Of a stretch of DNA of 64,000 nt, positions 45,026-58,695 are shown in pieces; position 1 is the stretch's first letter, and the number at the start of each line of letters is the position of its first letter. This DNA comes from Haliotis rubra (lineage: Eukaryota). The translations under genes were made by a program, and so were the position numbers. The notes below the pieces were generated by a model. The model did no database searches and had not been told where the DNA came from. It saw only the letters and a program-made list of their open reading frames with translations. The stretch covers positions 558,001 through 622,000 of the forward strand of contig NW_025767358.1 of the NCBI RefSeq assembly GCF_003918875.1, in the 5' to 3' direction.

Positions 45026-48000
45026 ATGTTTCCTCAGGTTCTTTTGACTCTGGGTTTGTGGGGGTCAGCGTTTTCTGACACAACCGTCACAATCTACAAC
45101 GAGTGGCTTTCCCAGGGTGGACGTGTCAATTATGAAGTTGAACGATGGAACAACGTTAATGCACTCACCCAAATGAACCTGATTCCAAAGATGAAATCTA
45201 TCGGAGCGGTTTCTGGGCGTTGAGTAAACAGAGACCTGAGAAAAGGTCTCTTTGCAAATGTACGTATGTAAACACCATCTTCAATGCTAAACGATTATGA
45301 ACGTGATATGATTCATGCATGATTTGTGTGTCCAGTGAATCTGTATATTGTCAGGAGCAGTATTTGTACATATGTTTAATGGAAATGAGACAATTAGAAT
45401 GTATGACGGTATAAGACTATATGTTTTCATGGTGCAGATCATTGCTCACAATACATACTAGACAATGCAACTTATGTTTTGTTAAATTATAAAATGTCCG
45501 AACGAGTCATGCCGCCATGACCATCAGCTCAAAAGTATAGATCAATTCATTTGGAAGCAGGTTAGGACAATATCTGAACATGAGATTTTCAATTGAAAAT
45601 AACTGGCTCTTTTTTTTAGAACATTAACGTTAGAAATAATATCATGACAATATACACTCAGTGCCATTATTGAAGGGTCATGTGTCTTTTTTTTGCATTG
45701 CTACGAATCAATTTCATATTATGAAATATAAGTAATGAGAAGTCAATACTGTTTAAAACCCTGTTGACAGAAGGCACCATAGAACACATTAGACTACGCA
45801 CATGTCTCATTATTGAGAAGTTTAAGCTATAGAGTGTTTCAAAAACATGATCATTTTGATAAATTCCGAAAATACTGTCAATGTCTGTATCGTGGAAACG
45901 CAGCATTTTGCCCTGTATTCCACGAGAAAGTGCGACTTCCCATGCACAGATTTAGGCTATAAATGTCAACTGTAGTCTCACCCTGACATCATGGTTTCTG
46001 ATACGAAATGAGACGTTTCCTGACGGTAGCAGAGAGAGGTCAAGCAAGCTGGTCACAGTCAACGACAAGCTGCAAATCACTTCAATGTGAGTCAAAGTGT
46101 CATTTGGTTGCAAAGGTTTCAAGCCACGGGATCGATGGAATATGCGAGAAGACCAGGCCGACCTAGAGTTACCAGTGCAAGGCAAGACAGATATATGGGA
46201 AACGTCGCTTTACGTTACCGATTCGTGACCTCCAGTGACCTTCAGACAGAACATTATAATGTTCATGGTGTCAGGATAAGCAGGAACACCATTCGACGCC
46301 GATTACGTGCCCACTCAGTGGGCTCCGTTCAAGGCGACCAGCAGTCCGTCCACCACTTCTGCAACGTCACAGACATGCATGTTTAGCCTGGATCAGTCAC
46401 GGTCGTTGGAATCATCGTCAATGGTCGAACGTGATCTTTACAGATGAACGCCGGTTTAATTTGTCTATTAATGATGGTCATTGGAGAATATTCTGCAGAA
46501 GAAGTGAACGGTTCACTGATGCTACAGTTGTCACACACAATAGGTTTGGTGGCGGGTCAGTCATGGGTTGGGCCGGTATCATGGCTACAGGAAGAAAGAT
46601 CCCAGCTTAATATTATTGATGGAAATTTGACTGGTCAGTGNNNNNNNNNNNNNNNNNNNNNNNNNNNNNNNNNNNNNNNNNNNNNNNNNNNNNNNNNNNN
46701 NNNNNNNNNNNNNNNNNNNNNNNNNNNNNNNNNNNNNNNNNNNNNNNNNNNNNNNNNNNNNNNNNNNNNNNNNNNNNNNNNNNNNNNNNNNNNNNNNNNN
46801 NNNNNNNNNNNNNNNNNNNNNNNNNNNNTTTTTGCAAGCTACGCATGGATTTTATGGTCGTGACCCTCTTCTACAGGACGATAATGCCAGACCTCACAGA
46901 CACAACTGCAGTCACTGATTATCTTCAGCAACAGGGTGTGGAACGGGTGGACTGGCCGGCATGTTCACCAGACCTTAATCCAATCGAGCATGCATGGGAT
47001 GAACTTGGCAGACGTGTTTACAGACGTCACCCTGCTCCACAAGAGTGTCTTCGGAGAGTTCATGTGCAAGAATGGGAGGCTATTCTTTATGAACTTGATG
47101 AGAAGCATGAGGTATCGGTGTAACTCTGTCCAGGACCAGAGAGGCGGCCACATGGTCATGGACTCTATTGTTGCGACTTTCAGTGTTGTGGGTATCCCTT
47201 TATTAGATGTGCGTGAAGATGCAGTCCTGATCCTTTCCTCACAGCACAGCACCGAACACTCTCCAGACTGTCTTTTCTTTCTATAATCTTGTCACAGCAT
47301 ACTCCACTTTGCATTATATTACCTTATTGCTACATAACCCTTCAATAATGGCACTGAGTATATAAAAAAGTAACATATTATTAATGAGGAAAAGAAGGAA
47401 TACATGTTAGGTACGTATCTGCTATTGCTGTGGTACAGCTCACCTCAAAGTATGATCAAAGCCACAAACTGTGCACTTTGAATGAGTCTGGCAGAAAACC
47501 ACTTTTTTCATTCGATCAGTAAACAGTAATATATTTTCCTTTGCTGTATGTTTTTGCCATTCAAAGGCTGCATATTTATTTAAAAGGACGCCGTAACAAA
47601 TGTACCTGTTTATCTTTTAATTCTTCACATGGAACTATGCGATATTATTTTTTCATTCAGTGGACCGAAAACCCTCATCACCATGGTTATCCGGACCCCA
47701 CCTATCTCCAGGACCGTTCTCTCATGCGACAGACCTTTCTAACATATGTGCACCAATTAGAAAACTTTGGGCCTCACACCGCAAACATGGTCTGGGAAAT
47801 GAAAGGTTTCTCCAGTCATTTAATCATTTTCAAAAGTCAAACAGGTGTCAAACACTGTGTTTAAAGTTGAACTAACAGCAGCATCATTCATCGGTCGGTA
47901 TTAGGAGTCCAATGTTGATCCTCACGTCCCTGAAAGCATATTACACGTGATTTATCATGTAACCCACAGTCAACAACATAACCTACACACACTCATGTAC

Positions 48001-49549
48001 GTTTAAAGTAGTAACATTCGTTGAATTTGCTTAGCCTAACTTTTCACTTAATTTCACCTACAATAGATAATGCTTTTTTACAGGTCAGGCCTGGCCCGGC
48101 TGGATCGATAAGTCTCATCATCATGGCGGATTCCCAAACAATGTTGACGCTGCATCAGAGATGGTGTCACTGATGGTTCAGAGTTGCAAAGACTACACAG
48201 GAGGACGCCTTCCTTACATATTTGAAGTCATCAATGAACCTGACTGGTACGAAGATATTATTGATCCACAAACGAATATAAATTACCACAGGGCTGTCGC
48301 CGACAAACTGAAATCAAGATTTGGAATGAAAGTTGCCGGACCGTCGTACACCAGTATGGCATTACGACAAACAGATGAAAACAACTTCAGCTCTTGGAAG
48401 AGAACTGCCAACTTTATGGACATGTCTCTTGATCACTTGGACTTTTTCTCTTTCCATTCCTACAACCGTCTGAATGATGCATCGGGTCACACCTACTCTG
48501 GCATCAACGAAGCTCGTCTGTTTTCTTCTCTTGACATGGTGGAGAATTATTCTCATATCAAGAAAGGAAAAAGCGTTCAGTTAGTTAACACTGAATATGG
48601 ATTAGATTTACTTAACCTAGGCCTCAGTCCCAGTTTTGAGAATGCAATGACAGATTTTCAGACAATATATCAAGCAAATGGTTTCATGTTTTCTTTCCTT
48701 AACCTGAGAGAGTTCATGGACAGAGCTACAATATATCTCCTCGCAAACGAGCAATACGCAGGTCACACTTCCCTTCGGAATTCCTTATTTACTGATGATG
48801 GTCATCCCCTTGAGCCAACCAAATTCTTCCTGTTTTGGAAAAACTTCATAAATATTCAAAAGTTTCTACGGGTCTCTAGTCAACACGATGGACAGGAGAG
48901 AATAGTTTCACCACTTGCCCTTGCAAACCCCCACACCAAAGAATTGGTAGTTCTTCTCCACAACTTTGGCACAAAAGATGAGAATGTTAAACTGGATTTC
49001 CCCAACAACTGGATCAACCCTTCTTCAGGTGAACAGACATGTATTCTGTTCGAAAAGGGTAAGACAGCTGTTCATCCCAATAACCATTTTGACAGGTCTA
49101 AGCTTCATGGCAGTGTCAGTCTTCCTGCAACATCAACCTGCTTCTACAAGTTTCAAACGAACTTCAACTTTGCTGGACTACACACAGATAATCAAAACAC
49201 ATATTATGGCAAGGGCATGATAATCCCCATCAACAACGGACATGCTCAGACAACTATCGGTGTACCGAGCTCTGGCTACCACGAGGCCCATCTTAGAGTG
49301 GGAATCAGTCGCGGCAAGTATACTACTACAAAACCTAAGACAATTGTGTTCAATGGTCGCACTTTGTCTTCAAGCTACATGCTGTTTGATTCTATGAAGA
49401 CATCAAACAAGAGGACAACAACATGGAACGTGTGGGAGTTCATGGTACCAGCATCGCTGGTGAAAACAACTAACACCGTCAGCATGACCTTTGATGGGAA
49501 TGGTGGCAGCGTGACATCGGTTGCACTCGTTGCAGGAAAACTTCAGTGA
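45026..49549 (+). pseudogene. GH86-like porphyranase copy 4, premature stop W66* (null allele, young pseudogene or base error)
   Basis: Exons 45026-45259, 47661-47805, 48084-49549. TGA at 45221-45223 where the other four copies have TGG (GRWVN). Splice sites, catalytic motifs and the rest of the frame are intact. Confidence 0.78.
45655..47360 (+). mobile_element. Tc1-like DNA transposon (defective) in intron 1 of copy 4
   Basis: TIRs (C/T)ACTCAGTGCCATTATTGAAGGG at 45655-77 and 47338-60, TA on both flanks; FTDE, QDDNARPH and WPACSPDLNPIEHAWDELGRR motifs; spans an N-gap. Confidence 0.87.
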
Positions 49550-49554
49550 ATAAA
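49549..49554 (+). terminator. Polyadenylation signal overlapping stop, copy 4
   Basis: TGAATAAA. Confidence 0.6.
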
Positions 49555-49766
49555 TTCTCCAGAAAAATAATTTGTTTGTATTGATCCAGGTGCCACATGA
49601 TATGCAAAAAATTTGTGATAGGGAATGGAGGATGCATATCCTGATCGGGTTGATATGTCATCTTATTGCCATTACAAAAACCAATGCTCATGATCCAGGT
49701 ACAATTTACTGACTACTGCCATCTGTTGCATATAAAGATTAAAGGGTGAGTGAGTGAGTGAGTTAA

Positions 49767-50905
49767 CTCATTAAGGCCGAGAGCCGCATATATGGGGCAA
49801 ATTAATCAGCTGCTCACAGAGAGTGACGAGTTTATGAGGCAGGTAATCGAGAGTTTTTCACAGTGAGAGCCGCATATATTCGAAGCACTTCCTATTCAGC
49901 GAGTGTCATTATTGTAGCTATTATTTCAATGAATTTAGAAGTACTGAGCAAAGATTAACATTTCTTACGTGAGATGCTGCCCTTAGTGGATCACAGGAAG
50001 AATTTAGAGTGTTTTGATAGCAATTCCTAATTATTATCATAGGCTTATACAACGTTTTGTAAATGAACACGGGATTATGAGATGTTTGTACAGAGGTAAG
50101 TGTCTGGTACTCTTCATTGGGAGTGGATATATTGTAAGTTTCCGTTATTGTGGAAACTGAATGTAAAAGAACGGAAACTCACTGGATTCTAGTTGGAAAC
50201 TTAACTTTCAGTCCACTTTCCATCAGGTTCCGCATTGCGGAAACCAAGTTATTTTTGCTGGGATACTAACATACTTTTTATACACATTGATTGAATTAGA
50301 TGTAAAGGTTTAGAGGTTACTGGAGAATATATTTTCTTCAACTACCTAAAAAATACGAAAAAAGGTACGAACCTTCAAGGACATAAAAATAATTCAAACT
50401 CAATAGTTTGAATTTAATTTTTAGGTATTATTACGTTGTCATATTTTATATAATGAATCGCAAACACAAATATCTGCATGCAAGCTCGAAAATAATAGAT
50501 TATGCATGAATTAAGTTACCAATTTAAAGCTTACTGGATTGTAACTATTCCTTTCCATAATGTAAAGTTGATAATGTTACCTAATCAAATATAAAGTGAT
50601 AACTCGCGCCTTTGCATCGACACATAATACATGTATATGTACATGTCAGTGTTATTACAACACTGAAATCTTGTTCTACGTTTGTTACTAAACAGAGTTG
50701 GTAATTCAAAATTCTTAGACATAGATAGAAGTAATGTAATAGCTTATTACAAGTAAACCATATAAAGGTATTTCATGCATTGTGTTCAAGCTGTTGAAAG
50801 TTTCATAGTGATATGTCATATTTCTAAGCAATTTACATGATCATTGTGTAATAAACTTTTATATGTGATCTCTGTAATTATCTGATCCGGTGTAATTATT
50901 ACTTG
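49767..50905. mobile_element. Left part of the same piggyBac-like element, inserted into the TTAA of a LINE tail
   Basis: Aligns with 40184-41405 (minus the SINE); preceded by TTAA at 49763-66. Confidence 0.7.
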
Positions 50906-52317
50906 CGTCACATCGGCAATGTTTCAGCCATATCATGACGAGAACAAATTTGACATTGATAATGAATTTGTGTATATTATAAAACCTGTCGCCAAAGGAC
51001 AGTAAAAGAACTAGACTATCACAGTTAGAATTAAAACAAGCATGTAAGGTTCAAACTAATAGCACTATTTGGACAATACATAATCTAAAAACAGGTTGTA
51101 GATCGCCAACAACTGAAGGCAGATCAGCACACTAGGGACCATGAGGACTTGCAGGGCTTCTGCTACCTGCATGGTCCCAAGCTGCATTTACAACATCCCT
51201 TCAGGTGTCAGCGACTCTAGTGAATTTTGGCCTAACCTTAAAAGAACAAATATCCTATTATTAAAACGGTGGTAGATATAAAAATAGGCTGGAATAATGC
51301 CGATGTGACGCAAAACCCAACTCAACATCAAGATATAAAAATACTTCAGATGAAATGGGACCTACGTACCCTCTCAGGAGGAAAATAATTTGACGGTTCT
51401 TCAACCCCTTATTCAATCTCTGTTAATAATTATGTCCTTCCAAATATTGTAAAAATCATAACTATGTATATCAGAATTTATGAATTAGATCTATTTCTTT
51501 TCAAAAACCCAAGATTACATGAGAATGAACGACATTAAAAAGGTCCTTTGCTGTTTTGACACTATAACATTTATCCCATGTGATGGAAACATCTTTCATC
51601 ACAAGGGATGCAAAACGGAGGATCCTAAACTTTCAACAGGTATTCATGAGTATATCTACAGTGGGCAATACGAAATCGTCTTAAAATGACCTCTTCAAAT
51701 CTGGACAGACAACCCAAATACGTGTACCCGATACTTGGTTTGAATTTATTGATACCTACTTGGGTGTCCGACGTCTTTTGCATTAGATAACGTATATACG
51801 ATCTAATCATATCTTTATAATCAGGGTATGGAATATGAAGTTACCGAGTGCTTCTTTATCGGCAAAATCGGCCCTTGTGTTACCAGAAATTACAACATGA
51901 CGGGCCAGCCAACAGAAGACGGTGTGGAATTCGCCAATAGCAAGATCATTATATAACTCGATTATTTACTCGAAGATATATTGTTTATATTTAGGGTGTG
52001 TATTCTCAACACAAAGTGCACATGTAACAGACAATGTGCAAGTATTCACACCATGTTCGTACATTTGGCATTTAAAACACCACAGAGGATTGGGGGTGTA
52101 CACATTGCACTAACCTGCCCTGATTGATTTTGGCGGATTCGGCGCAGAAAAAGAAAAAAAGAGACGTGTTAGTTGGCACAGTCTCATTATTTTTCCGGGT
52201 TGAGAATATCTTTACATCTACCACTCCCTGATCGTTCATTTCTAATACAATGTCAATCTCCATCATATCTGCGAACAGACGATTTCGATCTCTTACGATA
52301 CCGCTGATGGTGTTCAG

Positions 52318-52767
52318 TGAGTGAGTGAGTTAAATGTATCGTCGCATCGGCAATATTTCAGCCATATCGTGACGAGAACAATTAATTTTATACATAGTAA
52401 GTAATGGTAAATTGCTAAAATCTGTCAACGAAGGACAGTAAAGTAACTAGATTATCACAGATTCGAATTTAAAACTAGTAACTAAATCTAAAACAGTTTA
52501 ACTATATATGACAATACAAGGTAAATACAGGCTATATTATTGCCGACAAGTGAAGGTAGATCACCATACTAGGGACTTACAGTACATTTGCATGGATCCT
52601 AGCTGGATTTACACCATCCCTTCAGCTTTTAGCAATTTTAGATAATCTAGCCAGAAATAAAACGAACATATATTCTACGATTAAAATGGTAGTAGGTATA
52701 CATTTACTTTGAATGTTTTGGGACTTACGTACCATTTTAGGAGGGCAATAATTTTACAGTACTTTAA
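52318..52767 (-). mobile_element. 5'-truncated Nimb-LINE 3' UTR copy nested in the LINE
   Basis: 14-bp TSD CTGATGGTGTTCAG at 52304-17 and 52768-81. Confidence 0.85.
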
Positions 52768-54315
52768 CTGATGGTGTTCAGAGTTCTATGTGCAGATACC
52801 ATAGCCGGAAATCCAACAAACATGTCTGTGGACAGCAAGTTGGTTGCTTGCTGTTTTGCATTACATTCAAGTAATAGAAATCCTGAACGCAAGCGTTTCA
52901 CGCCTTTAATGTCTCCTGCTATTCCGTGGACAAGTGAGTCTTCTCAAGAGTCTCAAGAGTCTCAAGAGTCTCAAGAATCAGAAAAAGTGATCAATGGGCT
53001 TCGAGGGTCGCTGTTCGTCGTCATCATTGTCGAGTGGACGTGTCGTTTTTTGCTTGGGGTTTGGTATTCCATAGTGAGTCAGTATTGATTTGTCATCCGA
53101 GCTCCCAAACCCCCCACGGAATATCAGAAGGACAATGCTAAAAACAGGCGGCATTCAAGCCTGCAGCGCCCAGGATACTCAGGTGATGTATTCAAGCAGC
53201 AGAATAATCAAAAAGTAACCATTCCACCAGGTTGGCCCATGACATAGGACTCTAAGCAAATTATTCAATTGGACTTATACAATCCAAATGCAAATATATG
53301 GTCATTAAGCCAAGATAACTGACAAAACAATGAAATAGTTTTTACATTTTGTGCAGCAAAATATACATGCACAGGGCTTAGCATGACCAGCCGATTGATA
53401 GAATCGGGCCCATTCTACCAATCAAAGTGGTGTGTTGGGCAACAGGAACACCTGGTCCTGGTTCGTGTGCCCTCAACCACCAGACTTCCGTCCTCCACCG
53501 ACACAGGGGCGCAACCCACGACAAACAGGGTGCCCAATTCGGTCGCCTGGTATGACCAGCATTGGGGCACCGTTGACCTATTTGATCCCTGGTCCCAACG
53601 GGGGTGAAGGGCGAATAGCGTTACCCAGCACCCACCACGAGGAGGTTGCTCTTCAAGGGTACCTAAAGATTAAAGAAAAGAGTGCACTCCACAAGAACAT
53701 TATCCCAACTCCAAATGGGAAACACTTGTCAGAGGTGTATCTTAAGAAGACGAAACTGAACATGCTGAGGTTGATTTCGGATGACAACTAATTCCAAAGT
53801 TTCAGAGTGTGGCTATAGTCTTTGTGTCATATATATAGACAGGCTGGATGTATCAGATACAATAAACTATCTTGATCCTGAACAGAGTTACCGACTGCTA
53901 TCACATAACTGGAATCCCGAAAAGTGCGTGAAGTCTGTCTCATTTAATAATGATGGCAGTATGTGCATAATTGCAATTGTTCTTGCCTCACACATAAATG
54001 TCGTTTTCTGATTGGCTGAGCACTAATCCATTATATTCAATGTACCCCGCCTACAAGCGAGTAACAGTTTCTATGTACCTCGCTGAGAAAGCCGAACTCA
54101 TTTGGTACTTCGTAGTAGTAATTCTTTATCTCAAATAACATTGAATCACGTATGATCTACGAAAATTACCGATGTTTTGCGAATGCAAATCAATGGAAGA
54201 GAGATCACTCTAAATTTGTTTTTCTTGTCGTCCTGTCCTTCATACTATGATCTGATTCCTGTGCTTCAAACAGTTAAAAATTACCATTGAGTTGTTTGGT
54301 GAGATAAATACGTTC

Positions 54316-54432
54316 TTCACTGGTCCCTCGGGGCCCATTGGTTGATGTACCCTCGATGTTTCTTTATGTTCTTTAGGAACATAAACAAACATCGAGGGTA
54401 CATGAACCCATGTCCCCCTCCAGACCAGTGAA
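54316..54432. repeat. Hairpin-forming inverted repeat (end of a non-autonomous DNA element)
   Basis: TTCACTGGTC...ATGTACCCTCGATGTTT..TTTATGTTC / GAACATAAA..AAACATCGAGGGTACAT...GACCAGTGAA. Confidence 0.6.
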
Positions 54433-55110
54433 CAACTTATAATATCTCACCTACAATCTTCTTTCTGTACATAGTACACATTAATCACCAGCAGATTCAA
54501 ATAACTTTCTGCCACATCCATTACCTGGGTTTGACCTTGAAGATCTCTTGCAGCAAAACCTTTACCTTTCTCTGCACTGTTGCCACATGCTGAGTTACAA
54601 ATTGTCACACATATTTTCTCTTGAACAACGTATTAATGGGTCACGTTTCTACCATAAACTGGAACATGTGTTTGTCATTTTCAATCTACTCTTGCATTCA
54701 AAGATGATGTTTGCGATTTAAGGTTAGAGGAATGAGGAGCCAATTTAGATATCACAAATATTTTTCACTGGGATTGATAAATTGCGGGACCTTATTTCTG
54801 CCACTGACAATGCGGACTCTTCTGTGCATGATATTAAATGTTGCGTACATGCTGCAGCTAGATGGGTCAATCTGCTAAGACAAAGGATCCAAAACTGTAA
54901 ATAACAAAGTCTTCCAAAGACAAACCAAATGAACCTAAATAAGAAAACAATAGACGTTTAGAATTATGTTCCTAGGGCACGCAATGACCAAACATCAACT
55001 GTTGATTGGGGAAATATGGAAAACGAAAATACAGAAACTCTAGAAAACTACAAAAGTCAGATTTTTTATTCGTTGTAGGCAAAGTTAAGGATTTGGACAG
55101 AATAGAAATG

Positions 55111-55333
55111 GAGTGAGTGAGTTTAGTTTTATGCCGCTCTCAGCAATATTCAAGCTAAATGGCGGCGGTATCTAAATAATCAAGTCTGGACCAGACAATC
55201 CAGTGTTCAACATCATGAGCATCGATCTACGCAATTGGGATACAATGACATGTGTCAACCAAGTCAGCGAGCCTGACCACCCGATCCTTTAAGTCAACAC
55301 TTACGAAAGGCATTGGTTACTGAAGACCAATTC
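55111..55333 (-). mobile_element. Retroposon family A copy
   Basis: Aligns to 1-245; GAATAGAAA on both flanks. Confidence 0.8.
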
Positions 55334-56200
55334 TAACCCGGATCGTCATGGGCTGAATAGAAAAGGAAACAGACAAGTGGGACTCGAATTTATTTGTTTG
55401 TTTTGGGTTTTATTGGTTAAACAAAATAAATACTTTTAGGACTGAAAATTAGTTATTCTATTAATTTGTCTATTTCTGTATACATCCTCGGCATCTAGTG
55501 GAAATCTTGTTCTAATTTGTAATAACATATTCATGTAACGTTGATCACTATTTTTAAAAGAATAATTAACACTGTTTCTAAAAAAATGTAAATCATTTCA
55601 ACAATGACAGAAAAATACTTTTAATGCTCTTATTGTGTAACGTAGAAGGGTTACATGTCTTTACTGGCGCAAAATACTTTCTGGAATTGATATAGTAATA
55701 TCTTACATATATGTTTTCAAACGATAAAATTATATTTCCTTACACCATTTATTAGGTTTGTCACAAATTAGAAACAGATTGAATATTTTGTTTTAAAAGT
55801 AGCAAGCTCAACAGGCCTACCTTGGCGGAGTTGTTTTTGGTTTCACTTACATTACAAGGGATTGTGTGGTTAAGCTCCATAAGGGCATTGTTGTAACCGA
55901 GTGGGTAGAGAGTTTGCTTGTGTAGATTAAGTTTTCCTTTCAGACATGTATGATATATGTACATGGCATGGAATAGAACACGAGTCACAGTACGAACAAC
56001 GGTGTCATGGCACAGCAAGATCTCCATAACAGGACATATTTCTGATATATTTGCATATGTTGTCTCTTGATATAATTTATAAAAGCACATTGTTATAAAA
56101 TGAACGTGATGTCTATTGTTAAACGTTTAGAAATTGTAACACGAACTGGGAGGAGCATTGTGTTGAGTCTGTGAAACCTGTACTTCTCGACTCTTATCTT

Positions 56201-56332
56201 GGGGCGGTGGGGTAGCCTTGTGATTAAAGCATACGAATGGTACAATGTATGAAGCCCATTTCTGGTGTCCGCTGCCGTGATATTGCTGGAATATTGCTAA
56301 AAGCGGCGTACAAATAAACTCATTCACTCACT
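56201..56332 (+). mobile_element. tRNA-SINE family C, internally deleted, just upstream of copy 5 promoter
   Basis: Head and tail match family C; B box missing. Confidence 0.75.
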
Positions 56333-56359
56333 ATTCTTATCTGAAAAATGTTTCAAAGA

Positions 56360-56459
56360 TTACTTGAGGAATGCTACACCTGTGACTGTCACATGCAGAT
56401 TTCAGCAAACAGTTAAAAGCCCAAGCTGGTGATAAGAAGTATCATACTTTCACTGCAGA
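56360..56459 (+). promoter_or_regulatory. Putative core promoter, copy 5
   Basis: GGAATG...CACATGCAGATT...GCAAACAGTTAAAAGCCC; TTAAAA at 56413-18. Confidence 0.45.
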
Positions 56460-57298
56460 ATGTTGTTACTGCTTCTGTGCTCCGTGTTGTGTGGGGCAGC
56501 GTTGGCTGACACAACCGTCGCAATCTACAACGAGTGGCTCTCCCAGGGTGGACGTGTCAATTATGAAGTTGAACGATGGAACAACGTTAATGGACTCACC
56601 CAATACTACCTTGTTCCAAATATGAAATCTATCGGAGCTGTTCCTGGGCGTTGGGTGAACAGAGACCTCAGAAAAGATCTCTTTGCAAATGTACGTATGA
56701 AGTAAAGCCATCTTCAATGCAAAAAGGATTTTGGACTTGATGTGATATGATTCGTACATGATTTGTATGCCTAGCGAATCAGTATATTGTAAGGAGCATT
56801 ATTTCTGTCTTAAAATCAGAATGAGACAGATGGAATGTATGAGCTGTTGTATCTGTATTTTTCACGGTGCAGTTCAGTGCTCATAATCCAAACACGTCCA
56901 TGCCAGCGTTATTTTATATATGTTAAAATAGCCAAGTCTGTTGTAACTGCTAACAACGTAATTATTTGTGGAAACCTCCTCTGAACGAGTCTGGCCGCCA
57001 TGACTGTCAGCTCAGATGGGTCAATGCAGATGAATTCCTTGGAAAGGAGTTAAGGACAGTATCTGAATAAGTGCTGTTAAAAAAATAACCGTCTTTTTCT
57101 GAACATTTAAGATATATAACAAAGGAATAATTTGTCAATGGAAAAACGAAAATGATTACCTGTGTGCTGCCTATTTTGCGTTGGTGTGGTACAGCTGATC
57201 TCAAGTGCAAATCCGATCTAAGCCACATCACATCACATGGTCAAAGAGTGTGCCATGAAATCACTTTTTCTGTTGATTCGTGGGGCGGTGGGGTAGCC

Positions 57299-57717
57299 TG
57301 ATTCAGAGGTCACTGAAGAATATATTTTCTTCAACTTCCTAATAAATAGGAAACAATATACGAAATTTCAAGGACATACAAAGAAATCAAACACAATAGA
57401 ATAATTTGAATTTACTTTTAGATAATATTACGTTGTCATGTTTCATATATTGAAACATAATGTATAAACACAAATAATTATACATCCAAGCTCGAATAGA
57501 GTAGACATAATTTAACGTACTAACTTAAAGCTTACTGAATTGTAACTAGTTATTTTCCATAATCTAAAGTTGATAATGTTACCTAATCGAATATAAAGTG
57601 ATAAGTCGCCCCTTTGCATCGAATATATATACATGTCAATGTTATTACAATAATGGGGGCGGTGGGGTAGCCTAGTGGTTAAAGCGTTGGCTCGTCACGC
57701 CGAAGACCCGGGTTCGA
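57299..57717 (+). repeat. Identical copy of 40624-41042
   Basis: No mismatch seen over ~419 bp. Confidence 0.9.
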
Positions 57718-57820
57718 TTCCCCACATGGGTACAATGTGTGAAGCTCATTTCTGGTGTCCCCCGCCGTGATATTGCTGGAATATTGCTAAAAGCGTCGTA
57801 AAACCAAACTCACTCACTCG
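57656..57820 (+). mobile_element. tRNA-SINE family C, full length
   Basis: Near-identical to 40981-41146. Confidence 0.85.
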
Positions 57821-58314
57821 CTCTGTTGATTCGCTTACAATGTCAATGACATGTCGAAACTTTTCAGAGTTTATTGTCTTTCAACGGCAGCAAACTCATT
57901 TAAAGTGATGCTGTACAAGACGTAAGTGTTTATCCTCTAATTCTTCATAGAGACAACCCATCACTTTACTACCATATTGATATATTTTATTCAGTGGACT
58001 GAAAGCCCAAGTCACCATGGTTATCCGGATCCCACCTATCTCCAGGACCATTCTCTCCAGAGAAGGACATTTCTAACATACCTGCGACAATTGCAAAACT
58101 ACGGGCCTCACACCACAAACATGGTGTGGGAAATGAAAGGTTTGAAAAGTCACATAATCATTTTTTAAAGTTTATAAACATATTTTTTACGTTTTTGTTT
58201 CAGTCATAACTGAAGACAGGAAAGGTGTCAAACGTATTTCACTGTGTTTAAAGTTGAACTGAGAATATTCACATTTCACTGGTCGGTATTGGGAGTCCCA
58301 CTCTGGTCTTTAAG

Positions 58315-58695
58315 TGTGTGAAGGAGTTAAGATTTTATGTCACATCGGCAATATTTCAGCCACATCGTGACTAAATCATGTTATAGATTTATAATAACTA
58401 AAAGTAAATTCTAAACTAGTAATTAAATCTAAAATACCTTAACTATAGAAGACAATACAACATAAAACCGTCCTGTAGGTCGCCAACAACTAAAGGTAGA
58501 TCACCATACTAGGGACCGTAGGGACCAGTACTTTTGCTACCTATCTGATCTTTAATGTTACCGACAGTTGAAATGCAACGGGACTTAATACTCCACAGTT
58601 TTGGGGTTTTTTATTTATAAATTTACAACTTTCCTAGTCACGATATGGCAGAAACACTGCCGATGTGACTTTAAATTTTAACTGACTCACTCACT
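58315..58695. mobile_element. Two oppositely oriented Nimb-LINE 3' fragments (intron 2 of copy 5)
   Basis: Minus copy ~58315-58545, plus-strand tail ~58620-58695. Confidence 0.6.

Larger units (their letters stand above)
49746..53663 (-). mobile_element. I/Nimb-clade LINE, internally deleted, 12-bp TSD, two nested insertions
   Basis: TSD TAAAGATTAAAG at 49733-44 and 53664-75; homologous to 25618-28193; RNase H/C-terminal and ORF1 remnants. Confidence 0.8.

Noticed and set aside
45221-45223. Selenocysteine or readthrough explanation for the TGA in copy 4
   Set aside because: The aligned residue is Trp, not Cys, and the predicted 3' UTR is too short for a SECIS.
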